Assembly: GCA_013115145.1 (NCBI GenBank)
Contig: JAAPAO010000129.1
Location: forward strand, 3,001 to 67,000
Source: Perkinsus chesapeaki ATCC PRA-425
Taxonomy: Eukaryota > Protista > Perkinsozoa
Direction of reading: 5' to 3'
DNA: 64,000 nt
In this document: positions 24,544 through 36,122 of the stretch, piece by piece
Numbering within the stretch: position 1 is the stretch's first letter
How the letters are laid out: each line of letters opens with the position of its first letter
Position numbers and translations under genes: made by a program
The notes under the pieces: generated by a model
Told to the model about the DNA's origin: nothing
The model's input: the letters and a program-made list of their open reading frames with translations, nothing else
Database searches by the model: none

Positions 24544-25690
24544 CTACATGCTGTTATTGCTGACGTTCACCCTTGCCTTGCCTGGTTGCGTGGTCAATCC
24601 TTCAACCTGAACTCTCCTTATACATTCTTCTGCCGGCATGCCCCACAGTGCTTCCGGCGGCCCGCCTAGTAGCTTCTCCTCGAGGTTGATGAGACTAGTG
24701 CGAGCAAGCAAACGGAGGCTGTCGGGGGAGACGGCAAGGGCAAAGAGCAGGATTGAAAGATGCGTAGCTGTTTCGAGCGCTGCCTGGACGAAAACGGCCG
24801 AGATGCTCCGACGGCCGCGGCAACGACGACCGTCGACAAAGTCCGCTGGCGTCTGCACGGAACTTCCCCTTTTTCAAGACGCTGAAGTGATGACCTGTGG
24901 AGGGCCGACCAGCGATGGGACACCGCCGTCATCGGTAGCATCTATAGGCCAAGCACGCGCCAGGGGGGACGGAGCGCCGAAAAGCCTTGCTAGAAGGAGG
25001 AGGACCGCATACCAACGAAGACAAGTAAGAGCATCCAGCCACTGGCACAGTCCTCTGGCCACTGCTACCATCTCAGCAAACCAACAAGGATCGGATGGAG
25101 GAAGGGGGTAGACAGGCAAGGCTCAATAGAGCGTGCCAGACTGAGGACGGAGAGCAGCAATCCTATGCAGCTCTTGTAGATGCCTACTGTGACTTTAAAG
25201 CAAAAGGTGAAACGGTGCGACTATAAGATATATTATCATGCTCCTCATCTTATCAGTTACAGTGAAGATCCTAGACTTGGGGCAAAGGTATGCTAATAAG
25301 GGGGACGACATGCTAATGTATAGAGTGTTGAGCTGGTGGAGACGATACTGCATAACAGTGAAGGTGCGTAGCCTTTAGTTCACCAACCTTCTCATATCAC
25401 ATAGTAGGCCGACGGTATAGAGAAGAGTCTGGCGTGGCACACACAGGAGGAGGATCGTTTAAGGGAGGCTATTAAGAAGGCACGTAGCGAACAAATACGA
25501 GGGCCGTCCAACACCAGCCTTCCCTCCGGTGTAGACCAGCGGCTCCTGGTCACTGGTAAGCATGCCACAGAGAGGTAGGGCAAGCTCTCATCGCTGTCTA
25601 CCTAGATCCTGTCTCAGTGGCCTGTCAGAGTCTCCACCATCAGTGAGTAGTTTAGCCGGTCCTGTACCCACAAGGCGATTGCCCCGTACT
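24544..25690 (-). CDS. Hypothetical multi-exon membrane protein
   Basis: Hydrophobic ORF pieces at 24544-24858, 24874-25119 and 25130-25400 flanked by GT-AG introns. No family recognised. Confidence 0.35.
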
Positions 25691-25712
25691 ACGACCATCC
25701 CCGACAACGGAG

Positions 25713-26303
25713 GTGTCGAGCTGTGAGTCCATCTTGGCGGAAGGGAAACATGCAGCTCCGTGTAGGTATGACGGGCCGGTGTTTGAGCCAGCCTTGCCCA
25801 AAGTAGAGGTGGAGCCGTTGTCCGCCGGCCCACTGATGGTGGACGCTACTCAAGTGCCTTGGGCTGACCGACTTGACAACACTGTCGGCGGGGAGAAGGT
25901 GACCGGTGAAAAGCATATAGCAGAGCCCTCCAGTGATGTGCATTGGAAGGCGGCTTTCCTCAATGATAACAAGAACCTCTCACGCTCTGTGGTGCCATCG
26001 AAGCCGAGTATGGCGGTTTGTGAGGCTGCTTTAGAGGAGGGCTCAGAGGGAATGACCGAACAGCCTTACCAGAACGAAGTGCTGGTGAGGAAGGTACTGG
26101 AGAAGAGCAGCCGGCGGAAGGGCCTGAGGAAAGGAGGGCAGAACAGTCTGATGATGACTGTTGACGACTTCAGACAAAAAATGGTAGGAAGGAGCCTGGT
26201 TACATACGACAAGCTGGTGATTCAGGAGGCATTGAAGATACTCGAAGAGGCGGTGTTCAATAAACCAAAGCTTACCAACATGCATCTTGCCGCTGGTGTG
26301 TGA
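25713..26303 (+). CDS. Hypothetical protein (196 aa, single exon)
   Basis: Uninterrupted ORF with protein-like composition; no domain recognised. Confidence 0.45.
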   Translation: MSSCESILAEGKHAAPCRYDGPVFEPALPKVEVEPLSAGPLMVDATQVPWADRLDNTVGGEKVTGEKHIAEPSSDVHWKAAFLNDNKNLSRSVVPSKPSMAVCEAALEEGSEGMTEQPYQNEVLVRKVLEKSSRRKGLRKGGQNSLMMTVDDFRQKMVGRSLVTYDKLVIQEALKILEEAVFNKPKLTNMHLAAGV

Positions 26304-26441
26304 CACATCATTATGGCAGTTATGTTGGGTTGATTAGAAATGGTTGGGCTCACCAGCGGTCATCCACGGTAGTGGCTCCCATCGGTGGGGATGGCAACAA
26401 GGGTCGGTTGTAGAACGGGGCTCCTTATTAGTAGTTAAAGC

Positions 26442-28814
26442 ATGGGAAAGAAAGCCGCTGGTGGTAAAAAAGGAAAGAAAAAGGGAAAGGATTCTAAGAA
26501 GGTTTGGGCACTGACGCGTACGCCCATATTGGCTATAGCGAGTGACCGAATAGTCTTCATTCAGCTGCCCAGCAGAGCGCTGTCAAGGAGGCAGCTGAGG
26601 TCCGTCTGAGGCATCTGGTCATGTCATCGGGGGTGCAGTATAAGGACGATGCTGGTGAGTGCTCCCTCTACCCCTGACAACAAGGCTCCTTCCGTTGTTC
26701 AGACAGCGAGGCGCTATGTATGGAAGTTGCCCGGCTCACCAAGCAGCACGGTATATCCATGAACGTCAGGACAAAACCGCTGAGACGGTGGAACCTCCTA
26801 CAGGCGAGGAGAGAGGGACTGCAGGGCAGATCGATTACCTCTGCCCTACAGGTCGCGGTCCGTAATGGCAACTTGCCTTTAGTGAGGCTCATGGTGGAGC
26901 AGCTTGGCGGCGACCTCTCGCTACGTGACGATGGTATGCCCAGGCGACTGTGCGCAATGGCAAGTCCCATTGGCAGGCCTGGCGCCATTGGGGCAGCTTG
27001 AAGGAGGAGGTGCCGAGCCAAAGGGTGACCCAAAGGGGAAGGGGAAGGACGCCAAAGCTAAGGCCAAAGCCAAGGCCAAAGCTAAGGAGGCTCCGAAGAA
27101 GGACAAGGATGGGAAGAAGAGTGGTAAGGTTATGCTTTGGCCAGAAAAATGGTGATAGATGATGACTACTACTCAGCTGGTGGCAAGGAGGCTAATGCCA
27201 AAGGCCAAGAGAGAGAAGAACTTATAAGGCGATTGTATAGGCCTCCAATACCAGCAGCTCATGGTGGCAATTGTGTACATGTGGCGGTAGACTACGGCCA
27301 TACACATGTAAAGGATGGTTGATGCGAAACACCAGAGGGATGGCTGCAGGTCCTGGATTATATAATAACTAAGGCTATGGAGTCGGGAAGCCAGAACCTC
27401 CTCAATGCTAAGACATTGGCCGGCCGCAAGCAGACGCCGTTGGTTACAGCAGCAGCGCTTGGCCGGTGAGAGACTGCGAGGTGGTCAAAAGACGGTGGCA
27501 TGTCTGGTGTTTAGGACACAGGCTGTGAAGTTACTACTGGCCCGCTGTAGAGAGCAAGTCGACGTGTTTGGTGTGGATGCAGCTGGAAGATCAGCAGCAT
27601 GGTGGGCCACCATAGTAGATGTACTCATTCATCACTCCCTTTGTTCAGGTATGCTGTTGCAATGGGCTGGCGGGGAATGCTCGGTAGGAGGCAAGGCCGA
27701 CACAAACATACTGTCCCACTCAGGGGAGCTAGCGAAGGATACGGATATCCGAACCCTTCTTTCTGATCAAGCAATGACGGACGCTACTTACAAGCATGCA
27801 ATTGAGTGTGCAGCCAGGGATGGCCACGTTGACACTGTAAACCGCTGGAGTTGTATACCGTAGAAAATTATTCCAGGTGAGACGAGCGGAGACACTGTCT
27901 GGAGACAAACGAACACAGTTGAGCAACGCAATCGGTGACATGGCACTGCGGTGAGGAAACTGCTGCTCGTTCGGCAAGATTGTACAGAGCAGATGTGGAG
28001 CACCGGACCTGCTTCGACAAAAGGAACTGCCAAAGTACATGACGATGGCCATGTGCTGCTGCCTTGCCATATATACGGCGACTAGCCGTGAGGAGCGACA
28101 AAAACTGAGTTCCTAAAATACCATCGTGTCTTGGTAGCGGATCATCGGCGGCGTCTGATACTGCTGCTACGGCACGCTCTCCAGGACGGCCCAAATGTGA
28201 GTATCTCGAAAGTCAGCTGCCTAGTTGAACATTTTGCAGCGGCTGGCTACCCAGAGCACGGCTGAGAATCAGACGGCGATGCATTTCTTATGTGGGGCGG
28301 AGATCCCCCAGGAAGAGGTGCCAAGGACAGTAGTCGGGTGGCACCTGAACTGCCTTCTCAGGACGGAAGAGAACAAGATGAAGCAGATGATGCGGAAGAC
28401 ACAACCAAACCTCCAAAGTTGTTGCTATCACCTGTACCTCGTATGCGAGGAGTACTGATGCGGAAATTCTCTCTGGCTCATTTGAACCCTTCTATTGGCA
28501 GGCCTTCGCTTACGCTGCCTACATGACAAGACACCGGCATCTTATCGAGGCAGTTGATTTGTAGAGCCACAGCCAAACAACGGCACCGAATGTGGCTGGC
28601 AGGTTGGTCGAGGCTAACGCGGCAGTAGATGTTCGAGACCATTGCAATGCAACTCCACTGCGTTACTATGAGAAGCAATATAGAGTGCTTCAACGGCGGA
28701 TGCCGGACTTCGACCGAGGTCATACTCCCTATACACGGACCTGCACATCTTTCTATCAGACCTCCACATGGAGCTTTCCGTAAAATTGGGAGAACCCCCT
28801 TTGACAGTCGATGA
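26442..28814 (+). CDS. Ankyrin-repeat protein with Lys-rich segments
   Basis: MGKKAAGGKKGKKKGK start; ANK motifs TSALQVAVRNGNLPLVRLMVEQ, QTPLVTAAALG, AIECAARDGHVDTV, LVEANAAVDVRDHCNATPL. 3' end approximate. Confidence 0.75.
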
Positions 28815-29341
28815 GGCCATTAACGTGCTGGCAATCGCTTCAGAAAGGCCTCAAACATCTCAGTCAATGGGGAGGCCTCAAACAGCCACAAGGTGAGAGA
28901 TCTTCTCTTCTCGTCGTCAGGTCAACGATCTCTCTCAGTGCAACATCGTTTTCCCATTTATCCCAAGGAGGGGAGATTGGTGGACCCACTACCAGTACGC
29001 TGAAGGCGTTTATGCATCGCATCTGTTGTCATAGGCACTCGAGCGAGCACGCCAGGATACCACACAGGTTCAATGAAGAAACAACTAATGTTGTAATTGC
29101 CACCATGTTGTTATGCATCAGCAATACTTCGATGTTTAAAGTATCTTGTTTGAGTTTTCGAGTGTCACTACCAAACACAATATGAAATAATGAAACACAC
29201 AAAATCAAAAAATGTAACATTAAAAGAAGAGCACATTGATGTGCCACTCAACTCGTGTATTATATGGCTAATCCAAAAATACTTTATAAAAAGATAACTG
29301 ACATCCCAACCATTGAGGTTTGGATCTAATTTCTGATAGAA

Positions 29342-30866
29342 TTAATGATATGAGGGAGGATACGAGGCGGAGGAAGTCAACGGACTCCCGGAATACCGAC
29401 TTGAACAGACTGTCGTAGACGCTGTCGTCGAAGCATCGCATACCATATCAACCAAAGCCTTGACAGTTCGTCGTCTAGACCTCATCCGTTCACCGACTCG
29501 GTCATACAAATGTTCAAGTTGATGCCGATTGCCGGACTCATGGCCGTCTAACAGAACCGGTAATTGTTGAGCATAGAAGTCCACAAAGGTGCTATTGACA
29601 TCGTTGTCACAAAAGAGACGTTCGGCCTCCATTCGAGGACCAGTTGGAGCGTCACCAGCGTCAAGCTCAGCAAGCAGGAGCATCACTTCGCAGCTGCTGA
29701 AACTGTTCATCGAACTAAATCGATCGGTCTCAGGATGAACTTGATCGGCTATCCACAACGGAGTGTCTACAGAAGTTAGCCTTTCGCATGGCCGCTCAGT
29801 GAGAAGGCTCCGTATAAAGTCAGGAGGGATGACACCACCACCGGGGCAATCAAAGACACCAAGCTGGCACGTTGCAACAGCATTAGCTAATTTAAGGGCG
29901 CGCTGGCGATTGTGTTGTCGCGATAGCTTCTCCGTCTGAGGCTCGAATATAATCTCGCGAATGACGGGGTGGATGTAGCACTGAGTGAAAAGGAGAGCGA
30001 TAATCCTGAAAATAACAGACATGACCAATTAGAATGGAGGAAATATCTTACCCGATACTCCACATATCAGTTGAAGGGCCACAAGCGTTGATGTAAACTT
30101 CGGGGGCAACATAGGGATGGGTACCGCATATCCGCCCGTGAGTGTTGGCAAAGCCGAAGTCTATCAGCTTGAGGACGCCGTTCTTAGCAAAGATGAAGTG
30201 TTCTAATTTAAGATCTCGATGAACCACACCTGCTCGATGAATATGCTGCACTGCCCGCCAAATCTGAGCTAATATACCAGCAGCCTGCTCAGCCGTCACC
30301 GTCTTCCGTCTTTGTTGCAACCACGAGTGTAAGTCACCATCACCATCAATTAATTCGAGCACCAACCAGACTTGAGTGTCATCTTCGTACACTTCATAAA
30401 GGCGACAAACGTTAGGATGAGGCTCGATCTGAAGCATCGCTGCTGCCTCCGAGTACACCAAGTCGGCAGCATCCTTCCCAGCCATATCGAGCTTATCAAT
30501 CCGCTTAACAGCGAACCGCTCTCCGGTCGTCTTTCGCCGAGCGACACAGACAGACCCAGAGTAACCCTTGCCGAGGCTTTCCTCCAGGTCAAAGTCTCGT
30601 GTGATGTTACGGCCCTTGAAGACTCGTGGATCATTATGCCTTCCACCGCGAAGAATAGGGACGCGACAGGGACCCTTCGATTGGCCCCGAGGGTTCCGTA
30701 TAACCACGCGGGGGCGGCGATCCTTACGCGACTTGCCGTGCCGCGACTTGAAAGGAATCCAGTTAAAAATGCCAGAGAAGCAATAGCACGATGTTTGGGA
30801 GACTGCCATGATACCAAAAATAACTGATATAATGAAAGATAGCGGTGCTAGATTGGAAGGGGACAC
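29342..30866 (-). CDS. CAMK/CDPK-like Ser/Thr kinase with N-terminal hydrophobic segment (one intron near 30004-30049)
   Basis: LGKGYSGSV, FAVKRI, HPNVCRLYEVYED, HRDLKLEH, DFGF, YVAPE, DMWSIG|IIALL, DFIRSLLTERPCERLT (subdomain XI). Confidence 0.85.
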
Positions 30867-31009
30867 TTAACACAACGACAACAACGACATTACTAGTACA
30901 ACAAATTAAATTAATCACATCGCAAAATATGCGGCCATGCCCACCATGACAATAATAAGCCAACAGAAGAGCCCGGTCAATTAAAGTAAAGACCAACACC
31001 GTATTCACA

Positions 31010-32746
31010 TTACTCCGATCCACCTCGCACCAGAGCGTACACGACATAGGCGCCATAGATGGTTAATAAGGATGCGCCCATACGCTTGCTCAGAATCCAC
31101 TTGTTCAACTTCACTGTAGCCAGAAATAAAAGTAGGACAACGGTGAGTATGAGAATATACTGCGGTAATGTACTGGTAGCACCAGTGAATAGAACCTTCT
31201 TCCCCATGGCCAGCTTGAGGGTCCATGGAACGCCCAGACCGAGCATAATGTCGAACACATTAGAGCCAATTGCGTTGGACACAGCCATGTCACCTTCTCC
31301 TTGCTTTGCCACCGCTATCGATCCAAGTGCATCGGGTACACTAGTGCCCGCAGCCAAGAACACCAGGCCCATAACGAGAGCTGGAAGGTTCAATATGCAG
31401 CCGATTCTATTGCACGCATCAACCATAAGATACGTCAGAGCTCCAATCCACAGTATAGATAACGAAAAGAGTATCCAGTACCGTGATGGGCCGGGCATAG
31501 TGTACTCCCACAGTATGACGAGGGGATCTCTTACCCACTTCCTCCACCCCTTCAGCTCCTCCTTCTCCTCCTCTTCTATTTTCCCTTCTGCCTCAACAAT
31601 GGTCGGCTCAGCCCCCTCAGTAGGCCCAGGGGCCGGGGCATAGACTTGGTGATGTATATCGATTATTGTATGGCTCTTAGCTCTGAACTTATTAACACCG
31701 TACTGGTAGGATACACGCCGATGAGGATGGTAACCGTCCAGCGACCCAGAGGCAGAATGTCTTCTTTGACTGCTCACCAAGCTGTCGACAGAGAGACCCC
31801 TGGGCCTTTGGGTTGTTGTCTCTTCGGTGGCAACATTTGGGAGCTCCGCAGCTGGAGGCGAGTCCGGGCCACCAGTGCCACCATCAGCGGCAGGTGATGA
31901 GGAAGGAGGGGCTTCCTCAATGTCTTCGCTTTCTTTTTTATCATCTTCTACAGTGGCCTGCTTGCCGGTATCGACTGTGTCTACAGCCCCGATGGCAATG
32001 ACCTCCACATCGCCGTTGCGAGCGCCCACCTTAAGAGCGATGGCCTCGCTATACTTCATAAATACACAGTATAGCACATAGGAGAACACCATGAGCAGAG
32101 CTTCCCAAATGACAATTTCCTCATCTAGTAGAACCAGACTCATCTCCGATATGGCAATAACGTAGAATATAGTATCTCTCGTTAGGGGGTACCAGCATAT
32201 CTTAAGAGACTGACCAGCAAAGAGGCAGGTGGCTCCGATGATAACGAGGATGTTGAATATAGCCGAGCCGATAATAGTACCGACACCACCTTCATTAACG
32301 ATTAAAAAGGTGGCCACGATAGAGGTGAAGAGCTCAGGAGCCGATGACCCAGCAGCCATGAAGGTGGCACCGGCCACATCCGGTGATAGCTCTAATGCTT
32401 CGGATATGGCCTCGAGAGCTATAACGAAGTAATCATCACACATAGATCCCAAAGCCTTGAAGGCATAAAGCATAAGTATGAAGGATATAATGAGATCTAG
32501 AGGAGCAGGGAGGACCGAGGTGCCGGGGGAGTCAGTGTCGCAGTCCATTATACCACTACAAGAGCAATCACCAAATACCATACCGAGAATAGAAGCCTCG
32601 TCTTCAACACCGCTCAGCTGTCTGGTAGAGGCACTGTCGGCCAACACTAGACATGGTGATAGGAGAGCCGATGCGATCACTGCTTTATACCTGAAAGATA
32701 CGAAAGAGGTCGGCTTGGGGGCAGATGGGGTATCCCACCTTGCCAT
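31010..32746 (-). CDS. K+-dependent Na+/Ca2+ exchanger (SLC24/NCKX family), intronless
   Basis: Alpha-1 repeat VAGATFMAAGSSAPELFTS; alpha-2 repeat GLVFLAAGTSVPDALGS...GDMAVSNAIGSNVFDI; central acidic loop. ORF is open to 32809; likely start MARWDTP at 32746. Confidence 0.92.
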   Translation of the reverse strand: MARWDTPSAPKPTSFVSFRYKAVIASALLSPCLVLADSASTRQLSGVEDEASILGMVFGDCSCSGIMDCDTDSPGTSVLPAPLDLIISFILMLYAFKALGSMCDDYFVIALEAISEALELSPDVAGATFMAAGSSAPELFTSIVATFLIVNEGGVGTIIGSAIFNILVIIGATCLFAGQSLKICWYPLTRDTIFYVIAISEMSLVLLDEEIVIWEALLMVFSYVLYCVFMKYSEAIALKVGARNGDVEVIAIGAVDTVDTGKQATVEDDKKESEDIEEAPPSSSPAADGGTGGPDSPPAAELPNVATEETTTQRPRGLSVDSLVSSQRRHSASGSLDGYHPHRRVSYQYGVNKFRAKSHTIIDIHHQVYAPAPGPTEGAEPTIVEAEGKIEEEEKEELKGWRKWVRDPLVILWEYTMPGPSRYWILFSLSILWIGALTYLMVDACNRIGCILNLPALVMGLVFLAAGTSVPDALGSIAVAKQGEGDMAVSNAIGSNVFDIMLGLGVPWTLKLAMGKKVLFTGATSTLPQYILILTVVLLLFLATVKLNKWILSKRMGASLLTIYGAYVVYALVRGGSE

Positions 32747-33282
32747 AGAAGAGAGAGCGTCGTTTCCTGGGTCACGGAAAGAACACAAGGAAACACTAAA
32801 ACAGAGCAATGAGGCCCAAGGCTGCCCTATGACCTAGCGAACGAACGGTATGAACCAGCGAGCAATGGGCGGCCTAGCCTGCGGCAACCTGAGTACTGCA
32901 AATTGAAAACATCTGGTACGATGGACAAAGCACACAAAGTTCACTTTGTGAGGTGCCCGAATCATTCCTCGGTGACAGAAATGGCACTCGATAGTGATTA
33001 TGTGTATAAATAAGCAATAGTATCAGATAGAGGAGTATCAGCGCAAGATGGTAGCAACGGTGACCCTAGCACAAGGAAATGACATTGCATCACCCACCGT
33101 CTATTTTTCAATACTAGTTGATACTAGCTAAGCCTGTGGAGAGCAGCTACGCTCAAGCGAGTAGGCAATGATCCTGGAAGATAGAAGGGGGTTACAAAGA
33201 GTCCGACGATTCCGTGGAAAGAGACAAGATGCAAAAATGTTGAGCGTTGAGGAGATGCAAGAATGGCTAAGATTGCCAAGAT

Positions 33283-34822
33283 ATGATGGCGCGCCGCGTC
33301 CATCAATTTGCTATGTTTTTAACCGTACCATGGAATACCTACATCAGAGCAGCAGCGTCACCTCGGCTATCTTTCCTATATGCTCGGAGGGCCTTCACCT
33401 CGACCTCAGAACTGAACGCTGGAGGCCAGACAGCCAATGAAACGCCGCCCAAACTTAGCATTACACCGCTAGAGATCGCCGGCCTTCCAGGTGGGACTTG
33501 ATTATTACTATGGGTTAGTGTTTTTAGTGCTCAAGTTCAAAGGAAGGGTAATGCTTATTGATACTAAAGAGGAGGATGAGAGGGCTGCTATTGCCTTCGA
33601 TAATGAGACACTATTGGGCTTTGACAGTGAGACCAAGCCAAGTCTAGTGCCTGGTGTCACCAACAAAACTGCTATCATACAGGTAAAGGTGGAGCTCGAC
33701 ATGACTCGATCTGATACTACTTGTCATATTTCCTTCTGTCGCACTAGAGTATCTGGGTCCCCATTTAGGTAGCATCAGCATCGGTATGTGGCATTTGGCG
33801 TGTACGAGAGCTGGATGCCTTGCCGCCCACCTTAGCCAGGCTGCTCACAGACCCTACCATAATCAAGGCCAGCCAAGGCGCTACCCCAGAGGTTGCCACG
33901 GTTTATAGGGAATTTTCCGGTACACTGGGGGAAATGAGAGCCTTCTTGAGGTGTTGTAGGTCTGAAATGCCAAGGCTTTGTAGACCTGCATCTGCTGGCG
34001 ATGGGCCTCCGCTGCAACCCTCGTAGCCTTCAAGGCCTCTGTGCTCTATTCCTACATAAGAGGTTGCTGAAGGCCGAACGTATATCCAACTGGGAGCAGG
34101 TAAGTGCTAGAGAGCAGGAAGACGTAATTGCGGTGTACTGAGATACCATTGAGCCCGAGCCAGTTGGAGTATGCTGCAACCGATGCCTGGGTATCACGGC
34201 AAGTTCTGGAGGCTATGAGAGCTGCATTCAACGTCGATAAGTACTATTGGGGACGGAGGTGGGCCTTGGTACTGTTGGGTAGGTTGAGCTTCGAGCGACC
34301 GGTCAATCCAGACGACTTGGGCCTTGTCCCCCGGTCCCCTGTATCAGTCCAGCAGCCCCTTCGGGTAGTCCCTTTTGGCCCGTCCAAGGCTACTCTACAC
34401 CAGATACCGTTTAAGACTAGCTCGAAGGCAGCAGCAGGTTCATCGTCAGAGTCCACTGCAGCCAACCCCTCTACAGCGGCGGGTATGAAGGCCCTGGCCA
34501 ATCTGTGCGTTGAGAAAGCTTATGTTCTCACCGTGGAGTCATTCGAGCCGGCTATGGGTAATAGGGTAGCGGAACAGCTCCAGATCTCGGGCATCCTTCA
34601 GGTGGCTTCCGATGCTTACTAAAAGTCAACTTGCGCCACAACGGCCGTCCGCACGTTCTTCAATGCCGATCAAATGAGGTACTATGCAGCGTCACGCGCC
34701 AGGAAATGAATGGACAGGTCCACACCTCTATACGAGCGGCCCAGGATGATGCCGCTGATGTAGCGTTGTCATCAATTCATGAAATAGTGGGCGCGCAAGA
34801 AACCGTCGCCGACCCTTCCTGA
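33283..34822 (+). CDS. DEDDy 3'-5' exonuclease (WRN/EXD2-like) with C-terminal dsRNA-binding-domain-like fold
   Basis: ExoI LGFDSETKP, FVDL...SLQGLCALFLHKRLLKAERISNWE, ExoIII QLEYAATDAW. C-terminal ...GFRCLLKV...TSIRAAQDDAADVAL. A further exon to 34988 is possible. Confidence 0.82.
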
Positions 34823-35292
34823 ACACGCTGTTTCTGAGCAAGTTGTGCCGTGTTGGGAGTCCTGAGAACCTGCCAACCTTCACAGTATGGATGCCTTGCC
34901 TCCCCCACTGGACCTGAGGGCCCTTAGCGCCTTGGCTGCCTATCAGAACAAGCTGTCTGATGAGCTGAAGAAGGCCGAGGCTGTGTAATACGGGGGGCTG
35001 GGCGATGAGGCAGAGTGAGCTATCAGATATGAAAGCAACCCGATACTTGCTGTATGCATTGCGACTAAGATAAGTTTACAACAACGTAAAGTAGCCAATA
35101 AAATGAAGGTCGTCGGTAATCGATATCTTGCGGGTCTAGCGGACTTCGAGCGTCGACTCAGCGGTAGGCATTGTCGTCAACTAGGGCATCCACTCGATAC
35201 CATTCAGTCTCTGACCCTCGGGACCGATCGGGGGACCATACCTCGGGCGAAGTGCTGATGACGCAACCTGAAGGTTATAACTGATATATGTT

Positions 35293-36057
35293 TTGGTGAG
35301 GATTCATTCAGATGTCGCCTGCAGTAGTCCATCTCCCTCGGCCGGCTCCACAGCTTCCTCCTCACCATCTTCGCAGGAGCTGGTGATGCCGTCGACAAGC
35401 TCTGTTGAATCTGCACAGCGATACCCATCTGAGTCGTCTCACAATAACATGTCGGAGGCAAGCTTCTCTCGAACAGGGCGCGGCAAGAAAGCTGTTCATA
35501 GAGCATGCGAGGTCCCAGGCTGCGAGAAGCTGGCTCGAGGGGTCGGTCCTCAGTCACGCCGATGTGCTGGCCATGGTGGAGGCCACCGATGCTTCTGTGG
35601 TAAGGTGGCTCGAGGCTCCACCAAGTACTGTGGTACACATGGGGGTGGTCGCCGGTGCCAGCAGGAGGGTTGCCGAAGCGGAGCGGCTGGGGCCAGCAAC
35701 TATTGTATAACCCACGGTGGAGGGAAACGATGTTCGATGCTCGACTGTACTAAGGCGGCATGCAGCAGATCGGATAGATGCTTCGAGCACGGTGGTGGGC
35801 GAAGATGTGAACGTGAAGGTTGCAATCGTGGGGCAATTGGTAGTACTAAGTTTTGTATCAAACATGGAGGAGGCAAACGGTGCATGTTGGAAGGGTGCGA
35901 CAAGGGTGCGGTTGCCGGAGGCTATTGTGTGAGGCACGGTGGCACCAGCGGCAAAAGTTCGAATCAGCAGCGCCGGCCTCCTCCTGAGGTGCCGCTGGCC
36001 ATGGTACTGGCCACGGACCTGGCCCGGCAGGAGGCTAAGATGGAGAATGATGAGTAG
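35293..36057 (+). CDS. Protein with six C-x4-C...C-x2-HGG zinc-binding repeats (WRKY19-like repeat type)
   Basis: CEVPGCEKLARG..CAGHGGG, RCFCGK..CGTHGGG, RCQQEGC..CITHGGG, RCSMLDC..CFEHGGG, RCEREGC..CIKHGGG, RCMLEGC..CVRHGG. Confidence 0.8.
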   Translation: MVRIHSDVACSSPSPSAGSTASSSPSSQELVMPSTSSVESAQRYPSESSHNNMSEASFSRTGRGKKAVHRACEVPGCEKLARGVGPQSRRCAGHGGGHRCFCGKVARGSTKYCGTHGGGRRCQQEGCRSGAAGASNYCITHGGGKRCSMLDCTKAACSRSDRCFEHGGGRRCEREGCNRGAIGSTKFCIKHGGGKRCMLEGCDKGAVAGGYCVRHGGTSGKSSNQQRRPPPEVPLAMVLATDLARQEAKMENDE

Positions 36058-36122
36058 CAGTTATGATGAATGTTGATGTTGTGCTCTTTCTTAATACTCA
36101 ACAACATGAATAGCATGTTTCA

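Noticed and set aside
31059-31643. 194-aa plus-strand ORF
   Set aside because: Antisense to the NCKX coding sequence.
32750-32900. Spliced-leader relic upstream of intronless NCKX
   Set aside because: No match to the perkinsid/dinoflagellate SL core (GCCAT(C/T)TTGGCTCAAG) found by eye.
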